A stretch of DNA of 63,995 nt, counting the filler, from Reticulomyxa filosa (taxonomy: Eukaryota > Protista > Foraminifera): the NCBI GenBank assembly GCA_000512085.1. It is 20 parts of 20 records of this genome, joined end to end, with 100 filler letters (N's around TTAATTAATTAA, not from the genome) between each part and the next. Parts side by side here need not be neighbours in the genome. Positions count along the whole stretch, not along the records: positions 1 to 3,159 come from ASPP01011632.1; positions 3,260 to 5,032 come from ASPP01029664.1; positions 5,133 to 15,591 come from ASPP01026980.1; 17 more parts are not named here. The stretch is one strand, 5' to 3'. Every line of letters starts with the position of its first letter. The first letter of the stretch is position 1. Under the pieces are notes generated by a model. The model was not told the DNA's origin and did not search any database. It saw nothing but the letters and a program-made list of their open reading frames with translations. Below are positions 1 to 14,700 of the stretch, in pieces. The position numbers and the translations under genes were made by a program.

Positions 1-835
1 TCTTCTTCTTCTTCTTCTTCCATGTTGTTTATGGTTTTCAATACTTTCTTGGTTGGATTGACTCGTGGCTTATGATAACTGGAATTCGTGATCGGCTCAT
101 CGATATCTTCAACTTCTGCCACTTCTTTGATTGTTTCTTTTGCCCCCTTTTTCTATTCACATCATTTTATGCACTTGAGATGCATTTCTTTCATTCATGT
201 TTTGTTTTGTTTTATTTTGTTTTGTTTTTTTTTCTCACTATACCACATGCATCACATTCGGATTGGTGGGAGATGCGATTGTTTTTGAGTGGGGTCGAGC
301 AGCGTTTCCAGGGGCCCTGCGCATTTGCAATGGCTCACTCTTCTCCTTTTCTTCGTTCAAAACTGTTGGCACGGTCGCTGCTGGGTTGTCTTTGACTACC
401 ACTTGATCTTTTACTGTCCTTTCCATTGTCTTCTTTGTTTTCACCTCTCTATATTGGACGTTTCTCGTTGGAGAGCTATCACTCGCAGCTGGTTCTTTCG
501 TTGCTTGCTCTTTTCCATACGCTTGCTCTTTCTCCTGCTTTGTCGTCGTCACCGTTTTACTACGATCTCTTTGAAACCTTGGATTCTTCAACTCTGGCAA
601 TGGTTTGTTAGGCATCGGCTTTCGAGGCAATGGCTTTTGTGGCATCGGTTTTCGTGGAACTCTTTTTTTGTCCATTCCCCTCCTTTCTTTCTTCTTTTTG
701 TTCCAATTGTAAATCCGTTATCGTGTCTTGTTGCTTTTCAAGCGAATTTTTACGACTATCTATCTTGGGAACTACCGCTATCGTGGTTTCACTTTGCGGC
801 ACCAAAGAAGGAGATGTTACACGACCACCTGACAT
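1..835 (-). CDS. Hypothetical Lys/Pro/Glu-rich low-complexity protein, N-terminal part (runs off the window start)
   Basis: ORFs 608-835 and 238-675 overlap and join through a probable frameshift in the T-run near 664-669. Tandem RKPMPxKPLP motifs. A-rich intron-like gap at ~160-240, then an exon ending in poly-Glu. Confidence 0.45.
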
Positions 836-1257
836 AATGTTTACGTTTTATTTAACAATTTTTCTTCATGAACTTTTCAATTCAATTTCTATTTCCTTTT
901 AAGCTATCTTTACCAATTCGTAAGTATATATTACAAATATTCCAATTCATGCACAAACATCACGTTTGTAAAAAACTAGTTGCAATATGTATGCAACAAC
1001 TGAAGTTGCCTCTGCATGCAAAAAGTTTTACTTTTCACTTTCGAGAGGTTAAGCTACAAAGAGAGAGAGAGAGAAAAAACAAGAGAAAGCAAGGTCAAAT
1101 TCACAAACTAAAAAAATTTGTTTTGTATGATGGTCAAGCATAAACAATCGCTTCGGTTGTTATTGGTTTTTTTTTTTTTAAAAAAAAAAAATTTGAAACA
1201 AGAACAAAAGGAGAAGAGGGAGAGAACAAGAGAGAAAAACAAAAAGGTGAAAGGTGA

Positions 1258-3118
1258 TTAAGCGAGTTCAGTTTTGATTTTAGTCCATTGTATTCCATTG
1301 TCCCATTCCAAAAGAGCTGGGTTAACCAATTTCGCTGTGTAAGTGTAATTTCCAAAGTGTATTCCAATTTTGAAAAAGCCGCAAATGATGGCAGAATAGG
1401 TTCCCAAGTCTTTTGGTTCAATGTATGTGACAGTACCATTTTCTTCAATGGTGATGACATGGGCTTGAGGATCCCTCCAATGTCCGTAAAATGGCGCAAA
1501 GTCTTTTCTGACCCATTTCCTTCCATTGCTCCAAATAATAATATTGGTGGAAGGGTCGAAAATAGCAGTATGGGACGCCGGATCAAATTTGATTTTGGTG
1601 GCACTTGCATTTTCGGACATGTCCATTTCGATGACATGAAAGCTATCGTTGCGATTGTTTGGTTCATTTTTTAACCACGCTTCGAACTGATTGGACTTCC
1701 TTCTTTTCAAAGACAATGCGCCCATATTGTTTTTTACATTGCCCATTTCATCTATATTTCTATTCATTCTGGGAGTGAGTTCGATTTCACCATCGGTTAT
1801 ATCTTCAAAGCGTCGTTCCGTCCACTCTGGACTCCCTTCGTCGTGGTAGTTTTCGTTGGGTTCTGGACTCCAAAGATAGGCCTCGCTCAATCCGATGATG
1901 TCTTTTTCTTCGTCAGTCAAATGGACACTTTTTTCAAATGTTAGCACAAATTACGTTATAAATAAAATGACATTGGCATACAATACATATATACATACAT
2001 ATATATACATATATAAGTGTATATATTGTATTGTATGCCAATGTTCAAATGTTAAGTGCTTGTCTACGTACCTATGTCCTTTGCTTTCCACACTTGTTTC
2101 ACTGGGCGGCAGTTGCAAAGAGTTGGGAATGTTTTTATTTTTGTTTTTGTTTTGTTTTTATTTTTATTAGATTGCTTGTTCTGGTCATTGTCGGTTTGAG
2201 TATTCAAATTGGTGCCAAACAATTTGACCATGTCGTGGACCCGATTGGTAGTAACGAGGAGACTTTGTTTTTTGGATTGACGATTGGGATTGGATTGGGA
2301 GGAAAAAGGAGAGGAAGACAAAGTCAGACTTCGATTGTGTCGAGTTCCGGAGTTACGGTGAGTTATGTCGTCGTTGTGATGCAGCAAATTTTCAGCGGAG
2401 AGGAAGGTGAGTCCGCCGACATCGGCAGTAAGAGTGACACTTCGTTGATGGCGTTGCGAATGTTTCCCATCGCGAGGATGCGTGTTATGACTTTGACGCG
2501 CAGAGCGCGGGGCTGCTTTTTGTGATTTTTTGTACATACTGTCATTTACACTGGGTTTGCTGGACTTGTAATTATCGTTTTTGTGATCGTACAGCACAGC
2601 CGAGAGACTTCTGCGATGACCACGCTTGCCCGAACTGCCCGCGTCGCTTTTCCTCTTTCCTGTTCCCTTGCTAATGTCGATCCCATAGGCCAATGCGGTA
2701 TTGTCCAGACCACCGTATTTACCTCCATTCATATTGTTGTCTTTCACATTGTCCCTATTGTCAGCCACGACACCGTTGCTGTTAGTCGCATTGTTGTCAT
2801 CTCCGTTCATTTGCTGAATGGCTTTAATGTAATTGTTTTTGTTCTTGCTCTTGCTTCGGGGTCGAGTGGCCACGACATCATTCGAGCTGTTGCCTTTCAC
2901 ATTGCCCTTCGTGCTATTTCTGCCGGGATTGTTCGGTGGACGTTGCAATGCCTCCTCGTATCGCTGTCGATATGACATTACGGCCGACTTTGCATTGGCA
3001 TTGCTGCTGGCATTTGCATTGCCATTGGCAGTCATCTGGCTCTTTCCCTTTTTCGGGAATTTGCCGGGGGTCGCTTCATTCGCCACTGTCGACGAGCGAA
3101 CTGATTTCGCTAGTTGCG
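1258..3118 (-). CDS. Hypothetical protein, 3' part: Asn/Ser/Lys-rich disordered exon(s) followed by a Trp-rich globular C-terminal exon
   Basis: Long ORFs 2064-3086 (340 aa) and 1258-1947 (229 aa) separated by an intron-like (TA)n segment. No family recognised. Confidence 0.55.
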
Positions 3119-3159
<41 letters not shown>

Positions 3160-3259
3160 NNNNNNNNNNNNNNNNNNNNNNNNNNNNNNNNNNNNNNNNN
3201 NNNTTAATTAATTAANNNNNNNNNNNNNNNNNNNNNNNNNNNNNNNNNNNNNNNNNNNN
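3160..3259. other. Artificial contig-joining spacer N44-TTAATTAATTAA-N44 (first of 19)
   Basis: Same 100-nt spacer at 3160, 5033, 15592, 17163, 22874, 27172, 29473, 31061, 34880, 36373, 38691, 40307, 42573, 43673, 49610, 50782, 59365, 60518, 62693. The core gives stops in all six frames. Confidence 0.98.
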
Positions 3260-3974
3260 ATACAACAAATAAGTTTAGATTTAAGAACTTCAACACAAAA
3301 ATCCTATACATTTATTGATAATGACCATGAATGAAAAAAAAACATTCACTTTGACAAGTTTCTTTTTTCTAAATTAAATGATTTGATTGCAGAAAGACTT
3401 TAAAATCAAAATTTATAATGCAATTACAAAACAAATGATATTTGAATTTCTTTTTCAAAATTGTTATATATTCTATTTTAGTCAGAAGTATAAGTATTTT
3501 ATCATTGTCTTTTATTTTTGGCACTTTTTTTTACTTTGAAAAAAAAACTATTCATTATTGAGAAAGATAATTGATATGTCTTCAAATCATGGCCGTTCAA
3601 ACAGATATAAAGTCGTACTTTGTTTTGAACTACTACAGATGTTAGTCGCCGAGATTGGTATGGATTTGGTACATTTACACTACTTTGACATTATCTACGT
3701 AGACTTAAGACAATTATATGTATATATAATGTCTTGTTTTGTTTTTTGCACATGTAATAAAAAAAGGTGCACTAAATAAGAAACAGAATTGGCGCAACAG
3801 CGCAAGTCTGTAAGTAACCGATGTTGCCTGCGAAGTTGAAGCAGTGAAATGGACTAATTTTTATCAAAAAACTTTTTTTTAAAATAAACTTTAATATAAT
3901 CCACACAAAAAAGTTCATATGCTTTCCCCTTTTTTTTTTGTGACAGATCTTTTGCAAATCAAGCATACGGGACG

Positions 3975-5032
3975 GTGTATAAGCCTGCTGGTACAGCGAA
4001 ATCGACTGTGATATTTTGTCTCTGGCTTGTGTTCGTAATATATCTGAAAGTAATATTAAGGTCTTGGTCGAGGAATGGGTATATCGAGTTGCTGCTGCTG
4101 TATCGCAATTCACTTCATGCAGAGGTGAACTTTTTAGACAGATATCAAGGCGACGATTGCTGCTTGGTGTTTGATTTGGCGCAGGAACAACACTACGACT
4201 GTGCAATGTTCCATGGACAGATCATTCGCGGCACATGCATGCCCGACCACCATCCAACGCTTCTCTCGGACATGTTCGAGTTTGTACAGTTTTCATACAC
4301 TTGGCTGAGCTACTGCGAAAAGAATGTCGCCGTGGTCCACTGCAAAGGCGGCAAAGGACGGACGGGCATGACTGTGGCATATGCATTTTATTTTTCCAAT
4401 TTAATCAATCTAGTCAAGCTGATATTGAGACAAGCCGCTCGAAGCAGTCTCGTTGATCGATTTCAAATGAACCAAGAAGACCAAGATCAAAATGGAGATC
4501 AAGAGAACTACCAGCAACAAACATATGCAGATGCTGATCAAAAAAACTTGCAATTGGAATCACAATTGACGTGGTCTCCAATGTATCGAGACAAACATAT
4601 CTTTTTACAAGTGAAACGCGAAAATCAAACACCCTTCCCGTTCACCAACGTTGCCAAATTCAAACACACTGCAAGTGAACACAAACACAAACCTAAAACA
4701 CATCCAGCTTGCTCTCTTACTGTCGGTCTCACAAACTAACTTTGGCACATGTTTGGCGTTTGTATTTCCAAATTCACTTCAGTTTCATATATATTTGCGT
4801 GTGTATTGCCACAGGACAAAGCGAGTGATATTGAACAAAACTACAGCATGTTTGATGTAACGGTGATTGAAAGTACAAATCGAGACGATGAAGACAAGAG
4901 GAAGTTGGACGAAGCAGCTAGTCCGTTGAATCAAGCAAGTGACGAAACTTTGATGAATATACTGGATATTAGTCAAAGCAAAACTTTGTGGCAAATCGAA
5001 ACCAATGGAATATTACTTTCATTATGCTTGGA
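3975..5032 (+). CDS. PTEN/TPTE/VSP-family phosphoinositide phosphatase, probably degenerate
   Basis: LYRNSLHAEVNFLD...HYD...PDHHP...NVAVVHCKGGKGRTG aligns with the PTEN catalytic domain (YRNN, DHNPP, HCKAGKGRTG). Similarity fades after the P-loop and a frame change occurs near 4740. Confidence 0.7.
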
Positions 5033-5249
5033 NNNNNNNNNNNNNNNNNNNNNNNNNNNNNNNNNNNNNNNNNNNNTTAATTAATTAANNNNNNNNNNNN
5101 NNNNNNNNNNNNNNNNNNNNNNNNNNNNNNNNATATCTACAAATAATTTCATTCATAACTTTTTTAATCTCAAATTCTTATTACACTTCTTTAAATTACA
5201 TTTGCACTTTTGCACTGAAATTTATTTTATTTCTTTTATTAACACAAAA

Positions 5250-5392
5250 AATAAATTTAATATTTAAAAACTGCAAGATTTGTATATTTTTTTTAAAAAA
5301 TTAGGGTTAAATGTTTATTTTTCATAGAAAAATTAATTCTCATCATAGGGGTATCATTTGGGTGTGGGTTTTTTCTGCAGTCTACTGTATTT
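5250..5392 (-). mobile_element. End of a Tc1/mariner-like or MITE element (TIR family copy)
   Basis: Reverse complement reads AAATA-CAGTAGACTGCAGAAAAAACCCACACCCAAATGATACCCCTATGATGAGAATTAATTTTTC, which aligns with copies at 21111 and 28249. The subterminal part matches 45490, 46770 and 49740. Confidence 0.6.
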
Positions 5393-5767
5393 ACAATAGT
5401 TTTTAAATATCATTTTCATCAATCAAAATTGAATCTTTCATTTGTTTGTGCCAGGGAATGAAATTGTTGATTGATTTTTTATTTCTTAATGTAAAACATG
5501 TAAAGTATCTTTTCTTCTTATACAAAAATACAGCAGATAAATATTGTCTTGAATAATTGCTTTTGTGTTTTTCGAATGTACTTTTTTTTGAAGAAAATTG
5601 CAACATGTCAAAGGTGAAATAATTAAAGAAAATAGTTTGAAACACTGAATTTATTGTTTATCGGTTACAAAAACAATAAATCTAAATTTTAGAGATTTAT
5701 CTACAATTTGATTTTTCCCTTGAATTTATATTATGCTTGATTGTTTTCTGTCCATATATTGTAGGAA

Positions 5768-8700
5768 TTAATTACTTTTTGGATTTTGACTGCGTTGGAA
5801 TAATTTGTGGACATAGGCATAACCGGAGGCACAGTAATTCCAAGTGAGCGAGTCTTTTGGAAAAAAATCTAATTCATTTTCATAAAACATAAGCCAATTA
5901 CTGAACGGCTCTGCTTTGTTCAGATCTCTCGTTTGTTGTCCTTGACTTTGCGCAATTTCTCTCCAAGTCTCCAATATATCCTTGATTGTCGCCAGCGCTG
6001 TTCTTTCCACCATTTCGTCCAATTTTGTTTCAGTGGTTCCGGTAAAGGTTCTTTGTAAATGTCGAGTACATAGTTATCAATTGTACTTTCATTGACGAAC
6101 TCCAATTGCATGGCATTGTTTAACAGGCGCCACAAATTGCACATATGTCTGCACAATAAAATATTTTCTTGCGGTTCTTCAACCTTCATAGCGAATAACT
6201 TGCAATTTTTCTCATCGAATGACATTTGCTCAAGCAAGTCCACCAAGCTTTTGCCTCTAAAAATTAGACACACAACTAAACGTAAAAAAAAAAGTGCCTC
6301 TTTTTTTTTTTTTGCTTAACAAATCAATGCTCTTGACATTTTGGGAAACAAATACAATCACTTCATTCAATGTCTCGAAAGCCCTTTGTTTTTCATTTTG
6401 TGATTTCAATGACGAAAGGAATGCCTTCAATAAAGGTTGTCTATTGGCTCATGTTTCATCTCTGAGTTATTTTGTTCGATGATGGCCACACAATTTTTAA
6501 TGTTCAATTGGTTGGAAAATTGGATAAATGGAATAGTAATTTTTAAAATTGGACGATTTTTAACAAAGCGATAATAAATTTCATTTTCAATGGCACTTAG
6601 ATCCAAAACGTTATTTCGAAGTTCTTGAATGGCTCCATACTTCAACGAAGGAAGGCTCCATTGGTAAATAATTTCAGTCACTTGCTTTTTGTCCAGACCA
6701 ATAACATCACTTTCATGGACATCCAATAATGACTTACTTTTTTCTCTTATGTCTTGTCTTTGGTTCTCTGTATTCTGTTCGATAAATTTTTCTTCATGAT
6801 CTGCATGCTCTTTAAATTTGGCAATGCGTTCCAAGAACGTATTCTGTGCGTCTTCTAAAAGTTGAATAATTTTGACAATAAGCAAGCCATTCTCTGTATC
6901 CTGCGCAGTGACCAAATCCAAACTTATTTCGTGTTCGTTATGTAGCTTTGGAATAACAAATGAACTGCACTCATGTCTTACACGCTCATTCGCTAAGGTA
7001 TTCCAACATGCCTCGAGTCCTCTCCATGCCTCCACTTCACTGTCACAGCCTTTTTCCTTCCATTCGTCAAGCACTTGGGCAATTGTTGTCTGTTGGTATT
7101 GCTGCGACGTAATTTGCCTCGAGAAACGAGAATACACCGCCTTAGTGAATAATCCAATAGCGGGTAAGTATTTCACACTCCAAACTTCCTTTTTAGAACA
7201 CATCACGTGATATAGCAATGGATGCTTTGTTTTCAACGATGGCTCCGTTATAAATCTTTGCGCCAAGTCATCAAAGGAAACCTTATGCACAGTCAAAAAT
7301 AAATGAGGAATGTATTGTGAGCGATAAGAATTGTCCACTGCTTTTGTTTCCTCAATCTCAGATAAAATTGTCTTCAGTTCCAGCTTTTCCTCCATCACTA
7401 TTTTACTTCGATCTTTTAATTCATTAAATTTGCGAATTTGCTCAAAAAATCCACCAAACTTTGTATTAAATTTCATTTCAAATTCATAAGTACTTGTGAT
7501 GTCTGCCTGAATTAAGCCCTTTGGATACCATGAATTAAATGCCTGCGGCAAATCGTACAACAGCTGATGCAATGCTATCGATAAAATGTCTTCGTTCAGC
7601 TGTGTGATCTTTCCCAACAAGCGGAAATATCCAGTTGCCTGTCTCCTCAAAAACTCAGTCACTTCCGCCGACTCCGTTTTTTTCAAGAGCTTTTGGAGCT
7701 GAGCACAGCCTTCAGGGATAGCTGTATCCCTGATCAATAGCGACAAATGTATCAATAAACGTATCACTGTGCAGGCTATCTCGCGAATATTTCTTATTTG
7801 TATGCGCCCATCATACCTCCAGAACGCGTCTGCAACTGACAACTCATCATCTGATCCATCCAATATATACCTAATGAAAAGAAAAAAAAAGCTAAAATAT
7901 ACGTATACATTCCTCTATTTATTTATGTACTTATTTTTGTAAAACAAGCAGCATACCCTTTTGGTATTTCTAATTGTCTCAGTCCTGTATTAGATTGTCC
8001 ATGCGATGTGCTACCGACTTCTTCACCACATCCATCAGCCGCGCAAATTACTTTTTCCATCGGATGACCGCAGTCAGTGATAATAAATGGGTGCATGTTT
8101 CGACAGTAACGAACAGTGTAAGTGCCTCCATCTGTGCCTTTCATTGCACGAATTACGTTCATAAGTAGATTCTCTGGCATTGCCGGAAGATGCTCATTCA
8201 GATAATAATCGGGATTTAACACCAGCACTTTAAATGGATTTCCTAAAAAAAAAAAAAAAATGAAAAACTTGCTTTTTTTTTTTTGAAAAGAAAATCGACC
8301 AGTTTTTTAAAAAATTATCAAGGTAACTGTTCATTAGTTGAAGTGTACCCAAAAAGTGAAAACACAATCTTGGAATGAAAGCATCAGAAGCAGCGCTTTT
8401 GCTGTGTAGTCTCATGAAACCAAAAGTTGGGCGAAGGTCCTTACTTAATAACACTTTAACGAAGTTTTGTTCAATGTCCGAACTAAGTACGTTGCATCTT
8501 ATCAAGTACTCTGTCACCTCTATAATTGTTTAAGTATACGTTGCAAAACTCACATCAAAGAAAATATATGTACATATATAAGTTCGGTAACTTTGAAAAT
8601 TTTGGCTCAAATATGTTGCAGAGAGATTAGCCAAAGACAAAGTTGCTGCTAACAATGGGACAAAATCTTTCTTATCTCCCATATACCCTATATTGTCTAC

Positions 8701-11700
8701 AGAGCCGGATTGGATTCCCTGCCTAATTTTTTGACTGAAATTAGTGTACTTGGCTTGGTAAATACCAATAAACGGATCAATAGAAGAAAAATTTTGTTGT
8801 GGATATTTTAAATTGTAAAAGGCACTGCTCAATAGTGGATCTGCGAATATAGGAATTTTTTGGTAAAGGTGCTCTTCTGAGATCAATGATCGAGTGAAAC
8901 TCATACCCTTTGCAACATAGAATTGCTTCAAAAACCATATATGCAAACTGTATTGGTAGGATTTGTTGGTTTGTCCAAAGTAACCCAATAGCTTTGCAGC
9001 CTGTGCCACTATTGCATCAAATTCTGATTGCTTGCATTTCGGAAATTTTAAGAGTGCCCATGATCGATAACATGGAGTTGATGCATTGGAACAATTGCAC
9101 TTTCAGCCTCGAAATTTCTTCAATTGTCTCATTAGGGTCATTGCATCTCATATTAGAGGTATTGGAATAAATACTTTCCAATACTCGATTTAGTAACACG
9201 GAGTCATCAGACTCTAAAGTAAACTTTTGAGTATTCCATTGATTTTGAACTAACTCCTCCAAGATTTGCAAGCAAATTGTATCTTTTTCTTTTCTCGCTC
9301 CTGGCACCAAGTCTTGCGCTTTCTGAAATAACTCGGTTAAAACAGAGCGATACATTTCTTGTTTTTGTGAGGTGTCAAGTCCTTCAATGCTTTTTACTGT
9401 AGTTAACAAATCACGAATGAAATGTGGACGCTTGTCCAAAGCAAGCTTGCCTTTTTCGAACACGCATCTCAAAAGATCTGCTATTGTAGTCTTGTCCTTC
9501 AACCATCCATTTTCGGATAACGACATCATACAAACCAACACGTTCTGCATTTCTACTTGTCAATGACTCCCTTTCCTAAATGTTTCACTCCAAGAGTTTG
9601 CATTTGTGCGCGACAACATATGGACAATATGGCTTCATATTCCTTGCTATCGTTTTCTTCGTACCAATCTTTTGCAAATTGTAGAATAACCGGAGTTGCA
9701 CCTTCCACTAACTCTAAATCTGCCACAGTGTGACTCCAATCTTTTTCTGTGACACAAATAAAAATGCATATATTACCTAATTATAAAACTGAAAGAATTC
9801 CTTTTAGAAGGAAGGGAAAAAAAAAACAAAACAAAACTGGATGAAAACGAAATAAAATGTGACAATAATAAACAAATGTAATCGCTCAGCCTTATGTCAT
9901 TTTCTTTTGTTAATAAAGTGCGCAATTGTGCAATGACACTATCATCTTGACATGCTTTCAACATGTCCGCATACTTTGTTAAAACGTCAGACAGAAAATA
10001 TAAAATAGATTCTATTGCCGCAATAGACACATCCCACTTGCATATTGAAAACATGCAAAACACGAAATCTGCTATTGCCTCTGCTTTGCAAGATGTACTT
10101 AGATTGTACTTTGCTGCAACCACGTCTATGATATATATTCGGCAATGCTCGATAGTGCACTCATTCAATTGATTCAGTACATGTTCATCACCATCCATTA
10201 CTATTTCTAACAATTTGGAGCCTTGAATAATTTTGCTGTGAATTTTGGAGTTCGTCTTTTTTTCATTTTCGTCGATGCTGCACGAGCTATCTGTAAGATG
10301 AACCTTGTGTGAGATTTTATTGACTAACTTGGAGTAGCACCAATTATGGAACAGATGACTCCATGGAAATTTTGCAACATATTTGACACTAACAGCGCGT
10401 AGATCGGGATCAATGCTTGTTAATCTTGGTAGAACATCCGTTAAACGTGGAATTGTTAGTAACAAAGTACTTTTCACAACTTTTACAAATAGTTCGGCCA
10501 AATATTCAGCGTTGTTTTCCATCGCTTCAAAGAAAATCTGTTATTTTTTTCCCCCAAACCCCCCCATGACCAACATTTGCACAAGTAAAACGCAGGATTA
10601 CTGCATAATTTCATCGTTTTCTCCTACGTATACAAAAATAATAAAAAAAAGTATAGAGTAACCTCGAAATAGCAATTTTCAAATAACAAGGCTAAGATGT
10701 GCATGCAACCCATGATTAATAATCTGTCAATAAATTTTCATACCTTTTAATAAAAGAGCACCCCAATGACAGCGTATCAACACTGCCTGGATTTTTGACT
10801 TCTTCCTTACTTAATATACAAGCAATTGGCTCCGAGATCACACCTCCTTCTTCAAATAACGATATCATCCTGGAAATTATTGCCTCTCGACATTCATCAA
10901 AAGCAATTGCTTCAAATAAATCGGACAGCCACCGTCTCTCATTGCCTCCATTTTTATGTGCAGGAAATTGTAGGCGAGCAAAAGCTCGACGAAATGCATT
11001 GCACAAGCGAGAATTGGATTTGTCATTTGGATCACATCAGACATGGTTTGTGTAAGCAGAGTTTTGAATTGCATTGACTCAGCAGAACTCAAGTTATCAA
11101 CATACATCAGTTTCCATTTCCTTGAAAAAAGCAATGGGAAAGGATCTTTGCAAATTGGTTGTTTCATGTGAACAAGTAGGACGACTAATTTCTGTCCCAC
11201 GCTTGATTTTTCTTTTTCTTCTTCTTCTTCTTCATTGCGGCGATAGTATCGATGATGTGCATGCTCCAGCGTATGTTTAATATGCATGAATTGACTGAAA
11301 TTTTTGTGATCATACACATACTGCAAAATCAACAGATTATCAATGGTATTTTTTGGACTGAAAAAATGATCGATGATCTGTTCAAACTCACTCGACTTTT
11401 TGAAGGACTCTATTTTTTTGGTATTATCCCCCCATTTCTCTGGTAAACTGCACTCAAAGTCACCAGTGAGTATCAGCGCCATTTGTTTGTTGGACTCCGA
11501 ACGTTGCAAATTGACAACTTTTTCAAAAGAAAGAAACTCAGTTTGTCCAGTTTTTTCAAAATCGAATTTCCCTCTTTGCTCAACGGCAATTTCCAGGATG
11601 GTTTCAGGATTGCATAAGGATTTAAACAAGTCCATTATTGCGTCTGTAGTTGCGTCGTCAAGTTTTCCCTCTGTTCGTTTGGATTAGTATCATAGGGTGA

Positions 11701-14700
11701 CTTTTGCTCTTCTTTTTTTTGTGCTAAAACGTTGGACAATGCCGAGGGTATGGTATCATCATTGAATCCGCAAAATAATTTTCCCAACTGTTCGTAATTC
11801 GTTTTAAATATTTCACACAACAGATCTTTGATTACTGATATCCATGGCAATGTTTCAGGGGGTAACGATGTTCGATATGATATCAATTGTTTTTCAAAGC
11901 GATTCAAAAATGCGATTGGCATTTCAGGAGAGTATGCCTTCTCCTTGTTCACAATCACTATACATTTGAATTCATCCTTCACAAAACACTCTTTGCTTTC
12001 ACATCCAAGAGCTACTCGACAGTACACATTTCCTATTTTATTTTGTTCATTTTTGTTTGTTTGTATGTTTGTTGTTATACACTACGAATACTTCAGCAAA
12101 TCACACTCTACGTATACATACACACGTATACATAAATATAAATTTTTTTTCAAATAATTTTTACCAGAAGGTTTTTTTTGATATCTTTGATTAAGCATAT
12201 CATATAAACTTTCATAAATAGACTCCAAATTATATAAAATGACCCTCTTTCCAGTGTCCATGCAACTTATGACTTTGTTCAAATGCTCGTAATCCGAAAT
12301 GCTAGAACATTCATCATGTGCAAAACTGCTTTTAAATAAAAACACATCATCATATCGTAAGATTCCATTTTCCAATAAAACTTGCCACGAGTGATCTAAT
12401 TCGCTGATGACCATGCAATGACGACTGACAATATAATTGTCTCCAAACAATTTGGAGCTGTTTGTTTGAGTATCTGAAAGGTTTAGCTGAATACAATCCA
12501 TTGGTGTGAACGTGCTCATTTTGTTTACAGATTCTCCTTTATCCATCCCCAAGCAATCTTTAAAAATATCGCTTAAATTTTGGATCAGATCGTCTCTTGG
12601 GATGCCTCCGAAATTTCTCATAAAACCTGCCAATGAATTCTTATAGGAAGGACTTTGGAGTTGGTATCGGATTAATGAAAAAAAATCACGTGCTCCAAAA
12701 AAATTTTTTTTCTGCATGGGCTCAAATAACTTTGACTTGTGATTGACCACTTGATTATATACTTTTGAAATATTGATAACCTCTGTTTAGCCATCATTTT
12801 TTAGCTCTTCTCCACATAAATTACAACTTTCTTTGTAATGTTCCACCATTTTGGCGGCAGTAAGTTCCAACTCTTTCATAGTCATTGCAGGAATCTGATG
12901 CATGATCACACGATTCATCTTAGCAGCGTCCAGAGGCCAATTGGAAATACCAACAAAAGAGATCTTTGGATCCTCCAAGAGTGGATGCAATATTTTCAAA
13001 GGAGAATGCTTTGAGTGCTCAGCCAGTCCAATTTCGTCCAGCAACAATATTGTTTTCAATTGGTCATTTTCGCTATGACGCATGGCCTGATCCCATCGCT
13101 CTTCAATAGCTTGTGGTTTGCTATCACGAGTGCATTGGAATGAAATGGTATGAATGGACTTAACAGGCAAAAATATGTGGTTTTCCTTCAATTTTTTTTC
13201 AAACTCCGTTTTGCCGTGCGAAAGGTTATCACGTATAATCTGAAAAGATAGAGTCTTTGAAGTACCCGGCTTGCCCACCATCACAATCGGAGTGGCTGTG
13301 GTAATGCACATGAACAAAATGAATAAATTCTCTTTTAATCCTTTGGTCAGTGCAACACCTCCAGGAATTGAAAATGATTTAGACAGCTTGTCACTTCACT
13401 TTCCAATAAGCTCTCAAGACTTTTGGAAGCTCCTTTATCCTGTAATCTTTTGCTAAGTTCTTCCCTTTCTTTGCCTAATCGAAAGAAATAACATAATCCA
13501 ATAGCAATATTCAAGCTTCGATAAAGCCAGGGATTATCCTTCTGTACATTTAGCTCGAGAAGGTATTTTGATAACAGCCATGAAAATATCTTCAAACATC
13601 TTGACACGTCCCGCAAAGATACAATGGCTCTATCTTGCAAACGTTCTCGTAAAAACTTTTGCGCGCATGTAATTTTTGCAGCGATTTTAGGTTTCCATTC
13701 CTCAAATTGGTCATGAAATGTTTTTTGGATTTCACCTTTTGCTTGGTTAATCATTTCCACAATATATTGTTGTTCGTCCAACTCAGACAATCTTCCAAAT
13801 GGCCATACGTACTCCTTCATTGTCTCACATAAAGGATGCACACGATATACGTAGTTCCGCAGCTCATCATTTGCAAAGAATTCGTCTTCCTCAACACTTA
13901 ATTTGCGCTTTCGGTATGGATTGCATGCGGCAATAATCTTAATCTCTCGTGCAATTTGCACTCCGTCCACCGTACGATTGCACACCAGTTCGTTGAACCA
14001 CCCAATGTCCGGAGATGTATTTATTTCATCTAAAAATATCCATTGCTCTATTTTACTCTCACCCCTTTGTTCAGCCTCTTTGCATTTCTGCAGGCATTTT
14101 TGGATCATATTTCGAAGCTCTTGTCTTCCAAATCCACTGTGGACATCAATGGCTTGCAATGGAACGCTGGCCACTTTAGCTAAACATTTGATTAGCGACG
14201 TCTTTCCACAACCTGTTTCTCCCATTAAAATCACGGGGGTATCGGATTGTATACGCAAATAAATTGCAATCATTTTTAGGATGTTGTCGTAAGTTAACAC
14301 GTAATGTCGAAACTCTCCCACTTTCATATCTTTACTTATCTCTTGTTCTTCCATCTTGAACTCCATTCCCCATAACTCTACTTTGATCTTTGGTTTTAAA
14401 GTTTCTTTTGTGCCAACCACACGAAATAGTAACTCTGTTCTTTTTTCTTTTTCTTCAATTTCTGCGTTGTTCTTTGGCTTTTTATCTTTTGTTACCTTTG
14501 TTTTTTTTTAACATAGTCTTTCATTTAAATACGCACGTATATGCGTGCGTATATACGTATACGTATGCATATGTATATTACATAAAGTTTGGAGGGTGTT
14601 GAAAAAAGTACCTTCCATTGGGTTTCAATTAAGGCATTTCGATCTTTCATTTCCTTATCCCAACTCAAAATTGTGAAATGCAAGTCGTGCAAAGCTTGTA

